Virus record (IMG/VR): IMGVR_UViG_3300007747_000009
Location: 44,898 to 108,897 of that record
Source: a virus
Lineage: Duplodnaviria > Caudoviricetes
Reading direction: 5' to 3' (one strand)
Length of the DNA: 64,000 nt
The notes below the pieces were generated by a model that did no database searches, was not told the origin of the DNA, and worked only from the letters and a program-made list of their open reading frames with translations. Both the position numbers and the translations under genes were made by a program. The stretch's first letter is position 1, and every line of letters starts with the position of its first letter. This document shows, piece after piece, positions 9,996 to 19,898 of the stretch.

Positions 9996-10217
9996 ATGAT
10001 TGTAGCAATGAATATTACGTCAGAAAGTGGTGATAGCTATCTATTACTTTTCAAAGATAAAACAGTACAAGAGATTGAACAAGAACTACTAGAAAACAAA
10101 GAGTGCTATTACGGTGCTGGGGTAGAGTTTGAAGTACTAGATTGTACTGAAGAAGAAGAACAGGATTTGATTGGAATGATTCATAATTTCCAAGAAAAAT
10201 CATGGGACTTCGATTAA
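9996..10217 (+). CDS. Hypothetical acidic protein
   Basis: 73 aa; SD GAGG. Confidence 0.75.
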   Translation: MIVAMNITSESGDSYLLLFKDKTVQEIEQELLENKECYYGAGVEFEVLDCTEEEEQDLIGMIHNFQEKSWDFD

Positions 10218-10258
10218 TTTAAAACAACGAACATAACTTTTCGAAAGGAGACGAATTT

Positions 10259-10645
10259 ATGAACGTAGAACACTCTCAAATCTTACAGGCAGTTGGTGGC
10301 GTAGTTCTCATTAACCATGAAGGTAGTGAAAAGCTATGTTGTCTTGAAGATATGCAACACACCAAATTTTTCACAATAGGTCAACTATTCAATGCGATTC
10401 GAGTACTTAAAGGGAAAGACGTAGTAGAATATGGTGACTTGTGGCCTTCCTATCGCAATCGCAAAACTGGAGAAGTTTCTGCTGATTGGGAAACACTTAA
10501 AGCAGTACTCGCAAATTGTGACTCAGATTATGACTTCATGGTTGAAGCATGTGCACAATTGAATGAGGAAGTACCAGAGATTGTAGAACGCAAGACAGTA
10601 CTCGATCGTCTTGAAATGTATCGTGCTGGTTCACTAAACATCTAA
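10259..10645 (+). CDS. Hypothetical protein
   Basis: 128 aa; SD AAGGAG. Confidence 0.75.
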   Translation: MNVEHSQILQAVGGVVLINHEGSEKLCCLEDMQHTKFFTIGQLFNAIRVLKGKDVVEYGDLWPSYRNRKTGEVSADWETLKAVLANCDSDYDFMVEACAQLNEEVPEIVERKTVLDRLEMYRAGSLNI

Positions 10646-10672
10646 TAACATATTTTGAAAGGGAATTTAAAA

Positions 10673-10975
10673 ATGGAAGATACAAACAAATTTGACATGT
10701 TCGCAACACTAAATGAACGCGACTTCAACGAAATTGAAAACGAAGAAGTTGAACTAGTTAGTGTAACCGCAAAATCTGATAGTAAGAAAAAGTACCGCAC
10801 AGTAGCAGTACGTTCACAAGAAGAATACGAGACATTTATTGATAGTATTCATTTCGAAACTCTTACTCACCCAACAACTGGTGAAGATTATCAAGTAAAA
10901 GTTACAGTACTAAAACCTGAAATCAATCCACAAGAAAACTTACGCCCTGTTTTTGCGTATAGTACCAATCACTAA
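10673..10975 (+). CDS. Hypothetical protein
   Basis: 100 aa; followed by terminator. Confidence 0.75.
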   Translation: MEDTNKFDMFATLNERDFNEIENEEVELVSVTAKSDSKKKYRTVAVRSQEEYETFIDSIHFETLTHPTTGEDYQVKVTVLKPEINPQENLRPVFAYSTNH

Positions 10976-10983
10976 TTATAATA

Positions 10984-11011
10984 AGCAGGAGGAAACTCCT
11001 GCTATTTTTTT
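10984..11011 (+). terminator. Intrinsic terminator
   Basis: AGCAGGAG-GAAA-CTCCTGCT followed by ATTTTTTT. Confidence 0.75.
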
Positions 11012-11032
11012 AAGTTAATTTCGGAGGACTTC

Positions 11033-11812
11033 ATGATAAGCATAAAAGAAATAGCAGAATTCCAAGCACAACAGTACGATATGATCACAACAGAAGCTAA
11101 CAAAATTCATCCTAAATTACTTCGAAGAATAAGCTTTGATGAACTTTTTAGTGATGATTTTAAAGCTCAAGAATACGAAGATCAATATAATAAAAATATT
11201 AAACCATTAATTCGTTATTATGAAACTGAATTGGACAAAATGATCAACAGCCACCTGTATGATATTTTAGAGGGTTGGATCATAATTCATCCAGATAAAC
11301 ATTTTGGATTTGAATTTGATACAGGGAAACCAGTATCAGTTGTTCCAAGTGATATACTAGATGCATTGAATGGTGATATACTCATTAACGTGGAATTGGA
11401 AGATTATTATTCAGTAGTTAGGGAGATGAAAGAAGAATATACATTGAAACCATTCTGGCAGTATAGCTATGTATTATACGGTAATGGTCAACGTCCATCA
11501 TTAAGTACATATAGTACTTCAGAGGCATACATAAAGTATAATAGATTACTATACAAAAATGTTTATTCTACGTATGAACAGGTAGCCAATATAGCTACTG
11601 ATATATCAAGTCTTCCCTTTAAAATGAATTATCCACCAATGGATAATAATCTAAAAAGTGCTTTTGTAAATAGTGATTTAACTAAAATGTTAAAACATCA
11701 TAAAGTACTAAACGCATTCTTCGAAAAATTTGGGAAAGATGCGGGTACTGGTGATTATTCTTCATACGAAGATGAGAATGGAAAAATTAAATTCACGAGG
11801 ATTCAATATTGA
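11033..11812 (+). CDS. Hypothetical protein
   Basis: 259 aa; SD GGAGG. Confidence 0.8.
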   Translation: MISIKEIAEFQAQQYDMITTEANKIHPKLLRRISFDELFSDDFKAQEYEDQYNKNIKPLIRYYETELDKMINSHLYDILEGWIIIHPDKHFGFEFDTGKPVSVVPSDILDALNGDILINVELEDYYSVVREMKEEYTLKPFWQYSYVLYGNGQRPSLSTYSTSEAYIKYNRLLYKNVYSTYEQVANIATDISSLPFKMNYPPMDNNLKSAFVNSDLTKMLKHHKVLNAFFEKFGKDAGTGDYSSYEDENGKIKFTRIQY

Positions 11813-12648
11813 AACTACAACTACTATATGACTTTCTAAGCCCCCCTGATAATGATGGAGATTATGTGGATGAGGATGTTGGATATGCATCAAATTCGTA
11901 TACTAACTCAAAGCTACCACATGAACATACTAATTTTCATAGTTCACTATTCAGTCGAATGAGTAAGTACTTTAAATCTATAAATCGTTATGCTACTATT
12001 AGTTTAGTAGAAGTACCTGATGATGTAATGTTTCAGTACATGATTGAAAACGTATTTGACTATGATTATGTTTCGTATGATATGTTTCAGCATAGAATTT
12101 GCATATCGAATTCTAAGTATGAAAGTACTCGTTATGGGCGGGAGTCATATGGATACGCCACAGCTTCAAACTCTTCTAGCTATGCAAATGGTAATATTTT
12201 TACATTCGGTCATGAGCATAATTCTGAATTGGAAAAAACCCAAGATGAAAGAAAGACGTACTGCATTGTTCCAGATGCAGAACATTATTCAAATATTTTA
12301 GAAGTACTTAGGCCACATGTGGTTTATGAATTTGCTAGGTGGTTTAAAGAGGGAGCTAGGATTATTGGTGAAACTCAGGATCTTGGAATTATTTCATACT
12401 CAGATGACCCGGTTGGTGACTATGGATATAATTCAGTTAAGAATTCTGGAAGAATTTTTCTTGATAATGAAAAAGGCAGTACCGAGACATTCAATCTCAG
12501 ATATGACCAATTTTCTACGTGTATGGACTTCTGGATGAATGATCATGTACTATTCACAGAAGCACGTCAGTTCATTTCAGATCTCGAGGTAGAGGCTTAC
12601 AGAGCGTTATATGCGATGATTCATACTGAAATAACTGAGACAAAATGA
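11809..12648 (+). CDS. Hypothetical protein (possible N-proximal FQ-motif)
   Basis: 279 aa; TTG start overlapping stop; DDVMFQYMIEN. Confidence 0.75.
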   Translation: MKLQLLYDFLSPPDNDGDYVDEDVGYASNSYTNSKLPHEHTNFHSSLFSRMSKYFKSINRYATISLVEVPDDVMFQYMIENVFDYDYVSYDMFQHRICISNSKYESTRYGRESYGYATASNSSSYANGNIFTFGHEHNSELEKTQDERKTYCIVPDAEHYSNILEVLRPHVVYEFARWFKEGARIIGETQDLGIISYSDDPVGDYGYNSVKNSGRIFLDNEKGSTETFNLRYDQFSTCMDFWMNDHVLFTEARQFISDLEVEAYRALYAMIHTEITETK

Positions 12649-12665
12649 CAAAAATGTGATATAAT
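12637..12665 (+). promoter_or_regulatory. Promoter GAGACA-N17-TATAAT with TGTGA extended -10
   Basis: Variant of the recurring motif. Confidence 0.65.
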
Positions 12666-12668
12666 ATA

Positions 12669-13310
12669 GGGGTAAAGACGTGTGTTCTTTACCCCTTTTT
12701 AATTCTGAATGATCCCATTTATGGGAATTTTAAAGCACCTGATTCACTCGAAAATGTAGAGGACAGATGAGTAGTTCATTCAGTACGATTAGCAGATGAT
12801 ACCCGTTAGGAGATGGCATAGTTTGTACCACCCACGGCAATGCGGCTATAAAAACCAAGTCAGAATTACATAAGTACTTGGCGTGTACACGGCACGATAG
12901 ACATATAGGACTCGCACCTACCAAATGTATAAGGGAATCACCTTATTCTATTGTGCGACGTATTTTAGGGCTAGCCCTTAATCCGTCCAGAATTTGAGTG
13001 ATAAGTACAATAACTGTTCATGTTGTTATTGTGCTATGCGTAGTAAGACTACGACCGTTGCATAGAACCGCGATAGGGAGAAACAGGGCAACCCGCTTCC
13101 GCTCACTATATGAAATTCGTGACATGAAATGATGAAACCACCAGCGTCAAATTATATTTTCTTCCCCACCCAGTGGGGGGATGAAATTGAATCAACAAAC
13201 CTCGTCAATAATTAAAGTACAATAATTAATTAATAAGAATATTAAAATACGAACGCTAGTGAGTATTTTGATTTTCTTATTTTAAATCGTCTAACGAAGT
13301 TAGATGATTC
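12669..13310. other. Long hairpin-dense non-coding region (candidate large ncRNA or replication origin)
   Basis: No credible ORF; about ten inverted repeats; promoter directly upstream. Confidence 0.5.
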
Positions 13311-13344
13311 TTTATTGTTTATATCAAGCAAGAGAAATAAAATA

Positions 13345-13881
13345 ATGAATGAAGTGAAATATAAAAAGAAAGACGGTACATTTATTCAGTCCTTTAATAA
13401 GCAAGTACCTGAAAACTTTACTGGATATAAAATAAGTAAAGACTATAATAAAATCAGTTCAATTCGTGAGTATCTAAATAGCCATGAGATAGGAAATATC
13501 AAGTTCCGACCCACTAAAATTCCAGTTGTTTTTACTGTGTCATACGAAAATGGATATAGAGAAACACGGTACTCAAATGGTAACATCCAACACGCCTTTA
13601 ATAGAAATTCAGATGGTATGATGTACGGGGAATCTCGTACATATGATAGTGGTGGTGTTTTAGTTGGTAGAACATATCACTACGAGCATAAGAATGTCAC
13701 AGAAGATATTAAATCCTTTATTGGTTATACTGGTGGAGACATGAATTTCGTTGACTACCAATTCGGTGAAGATGAGATCTTTAATATCTATATGAGGTAC
13801 GGAAGTAAATTTAAATTTTTCAACGAGTACAGAATTGATAAATCCATTATTGATGATATTGCTAAGTTCTGTATAGAATAA
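13345..13881 (+). CDS. Hypothetical protein with MORN-variant-like repeats
   Basis: YENG..YSNGNI..MYGESRTYDSGG. Confidence 0.6.
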   Translation: MNEVKYKKKDGTFIQSFNKQVPENFTGYKISKDYNKISSIREYLNSHEIGNIKFRPTKIPVVFTVSYENGYRETRYSNGNIQHAFNRNSDGMMYGESRTYDSGGVLVGRTYHYEHKNVTEDIKSFIGYTGGDMNFVDYQFGEDEIFNIYMRYGSKFKFFNEYRIDKSIIDDIAKFCIE

Positions 13882-13892
13882 AGGAAACTATT

Positions 13893-14420
13893 ATGGGTGG
13901 AAAGGAAATCACCAACGACAAATCAATACATTACAGCTCAGGGAAAGATATTTGGTGTACTCCACCAAAACTCTTTAATGATCTAAATTCCTTATGGAAC
14001 TTTACGTTAGATGCTGCTTGTATGAAAGAAACTGCTTTATGTAAAAAGTACTTCACACCAGATGACAATAGTCTAATCCAAGACTGGAGTACTGATACTG
14101 TCTGGTTAAACCCGCCGTACAGTGATTTAAAAACATGGTTAGGTAAAGCAGTACAAGAATATAAACGTGGTGCTACGGTAGTAATGTTAGTACCATCTAG
14201 AACAGATACTATTGCATTTCAGAATTTTGCAGTTCCTGAGTGTAGTTGCATTTGTTTTGTTAAGGGAAGGATTACTTTTATTGATCCAGAAGAAACCGAT
14301 TTGGATAAGAAAAAGAATCCTGCACCCTTTCCAAGCTGTTTATTAATTTTAGATAATGACTTAACAGAAGAGAAAATAGAATACTTAAAAACTTTAGGAC
14401 GGGTAATGAAAAATGTCTAA
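13893..14420 (+). CDS. Phage DNA N6-adenine methyltransferase (Dam-like family)
   Basis: W-x-TP, FTLDAA, WLNPPYS catalytic motif, VMLVPSRTDT, GRITF, APFPS. Confidence 0.9.
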   Translation: MGGKEITNDKSIHYSSGKDIWCTPPKLFNDLNSLWNFTLDAACMKETALCKKYFTPDDNSLIQDWSTDTVWLNPPYSDLKTWLGKAVQEYKRGATVVMLVPSRTDTIAFQNFAVPECSCICFVKGRITFIDPEETDLDKKKNPAPFPSCLLILDNDLTEEKIEYLKTLGRVMKNV

Positions 14421-14949
14421 AACGTGTGTGTTTATGTACGGGAGAATGAATCCAGTACACTTAGGTCACGGTATGGTGTTCGATAAAGCTTTGAACTTGC
14501 AAAATGACAGTACTGATGTTAAACTCTTTTTGAGTTCATCCTATGATACAGAAAAGAACCCACTTCCCAGAGAAGTTAGACAGTACTTTATATCTGAGTT
14601 CTTCCCTGATATTCGGGATAACATTCAAGATGTGTATGTAAAAAACCTCTTCGATATCATGAAATCCCTTGATGGTGAGTACAACAACGTTGTGTTCGTT
14701 GGTGGTTCTGATAGGACTGATAATTTTCAAAAAACCCTTGACAAATACAACGGAAAGGAATATAATTTTAATTCAATCAGCACAGTACTAGCTGGGATGG
14801 ATCGAAATGCGTCGATTTACAGCAGTACTCACATGCGTGAGTCAGTACTAAAAGATGATTTTGAATCATTCAAGATATGTCTTCCGGGAGATAATGAATA
14901 CTTAAAATATGATATGTTTTGTCGTGTCCAACGGCATATGGGGATATAA
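14413..14949 (+). CDS. HxGH-family nucleotidyl(cytidylyl)transferase-like protein
   Basis: GRMNPVHLGH, KNPL, VGGSDR, SSTHMR. Confidence 0.75.
   Translation: MSKTCVFMYGRMNPVHLGHGMVFDKALNLQNDSTDVKLFLSSSYDTEKNPLPREVRQYFISEFFPDIRDNIQDVYVKNLFDIMKSLDGEYNNVVFVGGSDRTDNFQKTLDKYNGKEYNFNSISTVLAGMDRNASIYSSTHMRESVLKDDFESFKICLPGDNEYLKYDMFCRVQRHMGI
14738..14766 (+). promoter_or_regulatory. Perfect sigma70 consensus promoter inside a CDS
   Basis: TTGACA-17-TATAAT. Confidence 0.55.
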
Positions 14950-15249
14950 TTGAACTTAGAATACTTACCACCGAACCAAATTATCTGGGACGAAAATGAA
15001 CGAACTGGAAAGCGTCATGTAGACCTAATCAATACTGATAATGGTGTAAAACTGATTGCAATAATTTCTCACCGCAACAAAGCGGAGTGGGAAGCAAGAA
15101 TTATACCGATGGGTTATTCATTCAGTGATGATGATGTTAGATCATTATGGCCTGAATTATCAGGATTCGTCCTTGAACTCATGAAATATTTAGAAACAAA
15201 CACAGAAATTACCTACGAAGATATCCTTAGTTTTATTGGACTTGAGTAG
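14950..15249 (+). CDS. Hypothetical protein
   Basis: 99 aa; TTG start abutting previous stop. Confidence 0.65.
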   Translation: MNLEYLPPNQIIWDENERTGKRHVDLINTDNGVKLIAIISHRNKAEWEARIIPMGYSFSDDDVRSLWPELSGFVLELMKYLETNTEITYEDILSFIGLE

Positions 15250-15266
15250 TACTTAAAGGGGAACAA

Positions 15267-15884
15267 ATGTTAATACAATCCGAATCTTTTGCACGTTATC
15301 ATCGCATGGGCTTTTCACCACGACCGGTACGTGGTAAGGGCGATGAACAAGATTTTGCGGTTGCCTACTACTTTGATAATGTACAATATGTATTCAATGA
15401 CTACGGTACTTACGAAGAAGATGGTAACGTAGATGATATGAATATGACAGTACTTAATCTTGATTACATTATTAATAGTGATCGTCATGAAAAAGTAAAA
15501 GCAGTTGCTGACCATATTCAACAACAATTACGCGTACCTATTTGGTGCGAAATCGCGTTAGACACGCAGCTTGGAATTTCGTTCGGTAGCAGTTCTGGAA
15601 TCATTGCACAAATGATCATGGATTTCCCAACTAAAGAGAAGTTCGAAGATTACAAAGCAAAACTACTTGAACAATTGAAATCACTAAGTCCTGATTTAGA
15701 TCTAAGTAAGCTACCACCAATTGAAGATGTGGTTGATTTTATTTTAATCCCTTCTGAAAGTGAGTACGACATTCTTTTCAAAGATCTAAAAGTTGATGGG
15801 GTTATTGTCGAAAATCTAGATGATGATGATTTTTATATTGAAATCAATCTCGATGATGATCCAGATGATGACGATGACGAATAA
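15267..15884 (+). CDS. Hypothetical protein with acidic tail
   Basis: 205 aa; SD AAGGGG. Confidence 0.8.
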   Translation: MLIQSESFARYHRMGFSPRPVRGKGDEQDFAVAYYFDNVQYVFNDYGTYEEDGNVDDMNMTVLNLDYIINSDRHEKVKAVADHIQQQLRVPIWCEIALDTQLGISFGSSSGIIAQMIMDFPTKEKFEDYKAKLLEQLKSLSPDLDLSKLPPIEDVVDFILIPSESEYDILFKDLKVDGVIVENLDDDDFYIEINLDDDPDDDDDE

Positions 15885-16002
15885 GTGTAAACATTACTGG
15901 GAAGAAGACCATCGTCCCGGTTCTAACTACGGTGGCTATTGCTGCCGTAAATGTGGTTCTTCTGCAAAGAATCCTTGGGAGGATAAAAATGCCAAAAACT
16001 GA
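15874..16002 (+). CDS. Small putative zinc-binding protein
   Basis: CKHYW...CRKCG. Confidence 0.55.
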   Translation: MTNKCKHYWEEDHRPGSNYGGYCCRKCGSSAKNPWEDKNAKN

Positions 16003-16675
16003 TTATACAAAATTACGTACCAAAGTACTTGGAATCATCGAAGGGTTGGCTTTATCTAATCCTGAATACAATAAATTACGTAAGCTACTTATCTTATGTG
16101 AACAAGTACATTCCGGTTCTCGTAAAGATGGTAGTAAAGAATTTAGCCACCAACTTGAAATGATTGCATTCGCCCTCACTTATCATACTCAATTAGAGTC
16201 ACCACTTGAAGTGTACTTGGCTATTCTAATTCATGATGTAATAGAGGACTATCCGGGGATGCGTTTAGCTATTGAACGTGACTTCCCAGAGGAATTAAAG
16301 TACAGTGACCGTTTATCCAAGTTCAAAGACCCTGATGGTGGATATGGATTGTACTTCGCTAATCTAAGTACTTGTCCAATCTGTAGTATTGCTAAACTGA
16401 TCGACCGTGTACACAATCTAAGTACTGCACCCGGTGTATTCAAAACTGCTAAGATTCTTGAGTACTGTAAAGAAACTGAACAATACTATTTCGAATTGAT
16501 TCGCATGTGCAAAGAGAACTTTACGAATCGTAATGTATATGAGAACTTGAAGTTCATTCTTACTACACAGGTTAATACTATTCAGTCCTTAGTTCCACAA
16601 GAACAAAATGAAGTATATCAAACTTCTATTGAATTATATAAATTGAATACAATAAAGGTTGATAAAAATGAATAG
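15989..16675 (+). CDS. HD-domain hydrolase, SpoT/Mesh1 (p)ppGpp hydrolase-like
   Basis: SD GGAGG; HxGxRKDG..H, ILIHDVIED, KLIDRVHNL. Confidence 0.8.
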   Translation: MPKTDYTKLRTKVLGIIEGLALSNPEYNKLRKLLILCEQVHSGSRKDGSKEFSHQLEMIAFALTYHTQLESPLEVYLAILIHDVIEDYPGMRLAIERDFPEELKYSDRLSKFKDPDGGYGLYFANLSTCPICSIAKLIDRVHNLSTAPGVFKTAKILEYCKETEQYYFELIRMCKENFTNRNVYENLKFILTTQVNTIQSLVPQEQNEVYQTSIELYKLNTIKVDKNE

Positions 16676-16889
16676 TGGATTTAAAACGTTAATTTGGTTT
16701 AATCGCCTTGCAATGGTATTAATTTATTTTATTATGTTTTCCACCTTTATTGCCGTTTCAACGATTGAAATTGGTTCTTTATTTTTATTATGTGCCATTG
16801 GTTGCATTTTGTTATTAGGTGCAGGATGTTTTGCAATACAGATCCTAGAAGAGATTAACAAGGAGCTTAAAAATGGACCAACCCTCTAG
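16668..16889 (+). CDS. Small two-TM membrane protein
   Basis: Two hydrophobic stretches. Confidence 0.7.
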   Translation: MNSGFKTLIWFNRLAMVLIYFIMFSTFIAVSTIEIGSLFLLCAIGCILLLGAGCFAIQILEEINKELKNGPTL

Positions 16890-17040
16890 AGAAAGATGTC
16901 CGTACTGCCATACTGACGTTGAAACGTATGAGTACTTTACTGAGTGCGTAGGACAGTACGGGAGAAATGTTGTATCCCATACTGTCTGTACTGAATGTGG
17001 TGAGCAACTAAAAGAAAAATTAGTTGACAAGGATATCTAG
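16873..17040 (+). CDS. Small zinc-ribbon protein (55 aa; not in ORF track)
   Basis: SD AAGGAG; CPYC...CTEC. Confidence 0.65.
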   Translation: MDQPSRERCPYCHTDVETYEYFTECVGQYGRNVVSHTVCTECGEQLKEKLVDKDI

Positions 17041-17059
17041 CCTGTTATAATACAGGCTA
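17024..17059 (+). promoter_or_regulatory. sigma70-type promoter with -10 inside an inverted repeat
   Basis: TTGACA-16-TATAAT; TAGCCTGT-TATAAT-ACAGGCTA. Confidence 0.65.
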
Positions 17060-17083
17060 TATTTTTAATTAAACGGGGTTACC

Positions 17084-17659
17084 ATGACATTTGAAGAAGC
17101 AGATTATGCAAACTTTAACAACGCATTGGAATCTTTCGAATTTCTAATAAGTAAAAGTTCAGAAAATGAACCATTGAACCATATTGGTTTTTATAACAAA
17201 AATGACAGGTACTCTAGAACTGATGAAACTGAAACTCATCAGATTTATTACCGTCTAAAAACGAAACCTTCCATTATTGCGTATAATAAAGCAATATCTA
17301 TGTCTCTGTTTTCGTTTGAATCATTTAATATTGGATTATTAACAAGTACTAATTTAATCCGGTATAATTGTTATGAAAATAATTGGATGATTCGTATTGA
17401 AACAAACAATACTAAATTCACAATAATAGATAGTACTGAAAAGATTGAGCTGGATATAACAAGTGAAGCCGATTTATTTCAGTTCACTCTTCTATGTCCA
17501 TCATTTCCAGAGTACTTATTTGATTTTGCAAGAAAATCTATGCATCTTATTAGTACATCTGATGATATTAATAAAGTACTTTTAAAAAGTGAACGTTGTA
17601 TTATAGATTTAGGTATTGCGAATTTAAGAGAAGAGTACAATAGAGTTTATAAGGAGTAG
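17084..17659 (+). CDS. FQ-motif paralog family protein
   Basis: EADLFQFTLLCPSFPEY. Confidence 0.75.
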   Translation: MTFEEADYANFNNALESFEFLISKSSENEPLNHIGFYNKNDRYSRTDETETHQIYYRLKTKPSIIAYNKAISMSLFSFESFNIGLLTSTNLIRYNCYENNWMIRIETNNTKFTIIDSTEKIELDITSEADLFQFTLLCPSFPEYLFDFARKSMHLISTSDDINKVLLKSERCIIDLGIANLREEYNRVYKE

Positions 17660-17691
17660 TAAGGCAGGTTTAATCACAAGGAATGTGAACG

Positions 17692-18423
17692 ATGTTAGAT
17701 CGAATTAAATTTGCTATGGAGTTATCCAACGAATTGAACATGGGTAGTTTTCAAGCACTAAATCCAATTATGGCTGAATACGCAACTGCGGCGGCAACGG
17801 CTGGGGTACAGTGTGGACAAGCAAACCTATTGGCAGATGTTTATAGTGAAGCACAGAGTACTCAATACTCGGTTAAATCCTATAAAGATAAGTTCGTTGG
17901 AATGTATATGAATGGGGAAGTACAAGAAGAAAGACGCTTCACTGATTTTATTATTGAACGCCGTGTTTCTGGTGTATCTAATCCGAATGCTGAACCAGAT
18001 AAAGTACTTGAAGAAGTACTACAAGATATCATGGAAAATGAGCAAAAGAGTAAGGAAAAGTATAATGTACAGAGTACTGAAACAGTGTTATTAGGTTATT
18101 CGGAAGATGACAAGTACTTCTATTTCAGGTTAACTGAAGTTCCATATGTATACGATTTTCCAAGTAGTGTAAGTGAAAAGAATTTTACTGAACGTAGTAA
18201 AAACTTTCATAAGCACGAAGGAAATAGAAGAAGTATTGATGGGTATAATGAAGATGGTGTACAGGTGTACGAATGGGTGCATCCTAATAATTCAACATAT
18301 ACACGTTGTTTGAAGAAGCGTTATGATTTACAAGATGCAGATTCATTTTACTTCAAAATAGAAAAACAAAAATATCTAAGACCTGATGAAAGTACTCTAA
18401 TGGGTATGGTTTCATTGATGTAA
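17692..18423 (+). CDS. Hypothetical protein
   Basis: 243 aa; SD in loop of TCACA-AGGAA-TGTGA hairpin. Confidence 0.8.
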   Translation: MLDRIKFAMELSNELNMGSFQALNPIMAEYATAAATAGVQCGQANLLADVYSEAQSTQYSVKSYKDKFVGMYMNGEVQEERRFTDFIIERRVSGVSNPNAEPDKVLEEVLQDIMENEQKSKEKYNVQSTETVLLGYSEDDKYFYFRLTEVPYVYDFPSSVSEKNFTERSKNFHKHEGNRRSIDGYNEDGVQVYEWVHPNNSTYTRCLKKRYDLQDADSFYFKIEKQKYLRPDESTLMGMVSLM

Positions 18424-18473
18424 TTTTTATGTACACGGTTCGCCGTGTACTATTTTTAATTAACGGAGATTTT

Positions 18474-18773
18474 ATGAGTTATAATATTCGAATGGTTCCT
18501 AATGATGTATGGTTTCAAATAGAAGCGAAATATGTTGATCATAATTCAGTAGTGTATAAAAAACCGGAAGGTAAGAGTTATACATTATTCGACTATGTTA
18601 CTGTTGGTGACACTACTGTACAATCTACCCCTGACACTAAATTTTTATATTCAGGTAATCATAACTACCAAAGTATATCTAGTTCTACTGTATTTTGGAT
18701 TAAAGCCAGTTTAAATGATATATATGAATTAGTTGATGAAATTGATTCTATGGGAAGCGACTGGGATAAATGA
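18474..18773 (+). CDS. Hypothetical protein
   Basis: SD GGAG. Confidence 0.7.
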   Translation: MSYNIRMVPNDVWFQIEAKYVDHNSVVYKKPEGKSYTLFDYVTVGDTTVQSTPDTKFLYSGNHNYQSISSSTVFWIKASLNDIYELVDEIDSMGSDWDK

Positions 18774-19321
18774 TTATGTATAGTGAAAACATTAAAGTAC
18801 TTCTTGATTTATATAAGTTGTTTTTCAATCACGAGTTACAGTCTACTCTTATGTTGAATGAACCAGAAATTATGTATAAATTAGATGGTTTAAATAGAAT
18901 TCACTGGACTGGTCATTTTCTAAAAATAATTATTGATAATTATCCAATTACTATTGGTCCAAATCTTCTACCACAACAACACGAATCAGTTAATTTTAAA
19001 AATGTAGCTTCTTTCTTAACTAAAAGATTAACAATAGTTTTAAACTCTCCAAATTTATATACTAATATCGGAGATGAACTTATAAGTACTCATTCCTTTC
19101 TGAACGAAGAGGTACATTTCCAGTACTCTACGGTAATTAACATTCCAGATTTAGATATAATTCAGGATATGTGTTACGTCTGTGATGAAATTATAAAAAT
19201 GAATTTGTACTATTCTGGTACATATCAAGTTCCATACCAATTTAATTTAAAATCAATTCTCAGGTATTTGAAGAAAACATATCCAGAGAAAGACGGACAC
19301 CATTGGAGTTTAGATGATTAG
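18770..19321 (+). CDS. FQ-motif paralog family protein
   Basis: EEVHFQYSTVINIPDLDII. Confidence 0.8.
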   Translation: MIMYSENIKVLLDLYKLFFNHELQSTLMLNEPEIMYKLDGLNRIHWTGHFLKIIIDNYPITIGPNLLPQQHESVNFKNVASFLTKRLTIVLNSPNLYTNIGDELISTHSFLNEEVHFQYSTVINIPDLDIIQDMCYVCDEIIKMNLYYSGTYQVPYQFNLKSILRYLKKTYPEKDGHHWSLDD

Positions 19322-19898
19322 TTTAAATGAACTGAAAAGTATTTTAGACACTACTTATGATATTATAAAATATGGCGAATCTTCCAAAAAAACTGAGTGC
19401 ATTGAGGAAATAAATTCAGGAATTCTTCATCAACATTATATAACATATACAAGTCGTTTTCATGATAAAATGAAACCATCATATCAGTACTACAGCAGAG
19501 ATTCAGAATCGAATAGAGGGGACTGTTTAATTTCTGAAATTGTAATTGAATCATATACCGAAGAAGATAACATTGGTATTTCATATATTTTTATTAAGAA
19601 TGATGGAGCATATGAATTAAATCTTTTTCCAAAAAGTATTGATGAAATTCAATTTAGAGTACCCGGATATAAAGTACTACTTAGTGAAATACTTAATGAT
19701 CCTGCACTTCTTTTTCAGATTAGTACATTACATGAAGTTCCTGAAATTGAATTTTTATTAAATTTAAGTACTATTGTACAAGAACTAAAAATTAAAATGA
19801 TGAACTATAAGTATAAAACTTATTGCTCTATTACAAAAAAGATGCCCTCTAATAATTATATTCATAAATTTCATGATAAGATGGAAGGTAAATTATAA
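19314..19898 (+). CDS. FQ-motif paralog family protein
   Basis: PALLFQISTLHEVPEIEFL. Confidence 0.8.
   Translation: MISLNELKSILDTTYDIIKYGESSKKTECIEEINSGILHQHYITYTSRFHDKMKPSYQYYSRDSESNRGDCLISEIVIESYTEEDNIGISYIFIKNDGAYELNLFPKSIDEIQFRVPGYKVLLSEILNDPALLFQISTLHEVPEIEFLLNLSTIVQELKIKMMNYKYKTYCSITKKMPSNNYIHKFHDKMEGKL

Noticed and set aside
12730-12924. 64 aa minus-strand ORF in the non-coding island
   Set aside because: No SD or recognisable motif; against local gene polarity; likely chance.
15820-15884. GATGAT/GACGAT low-complexity run
   Set aside because: Encodes the Asp-rich tail of 15267..15884.
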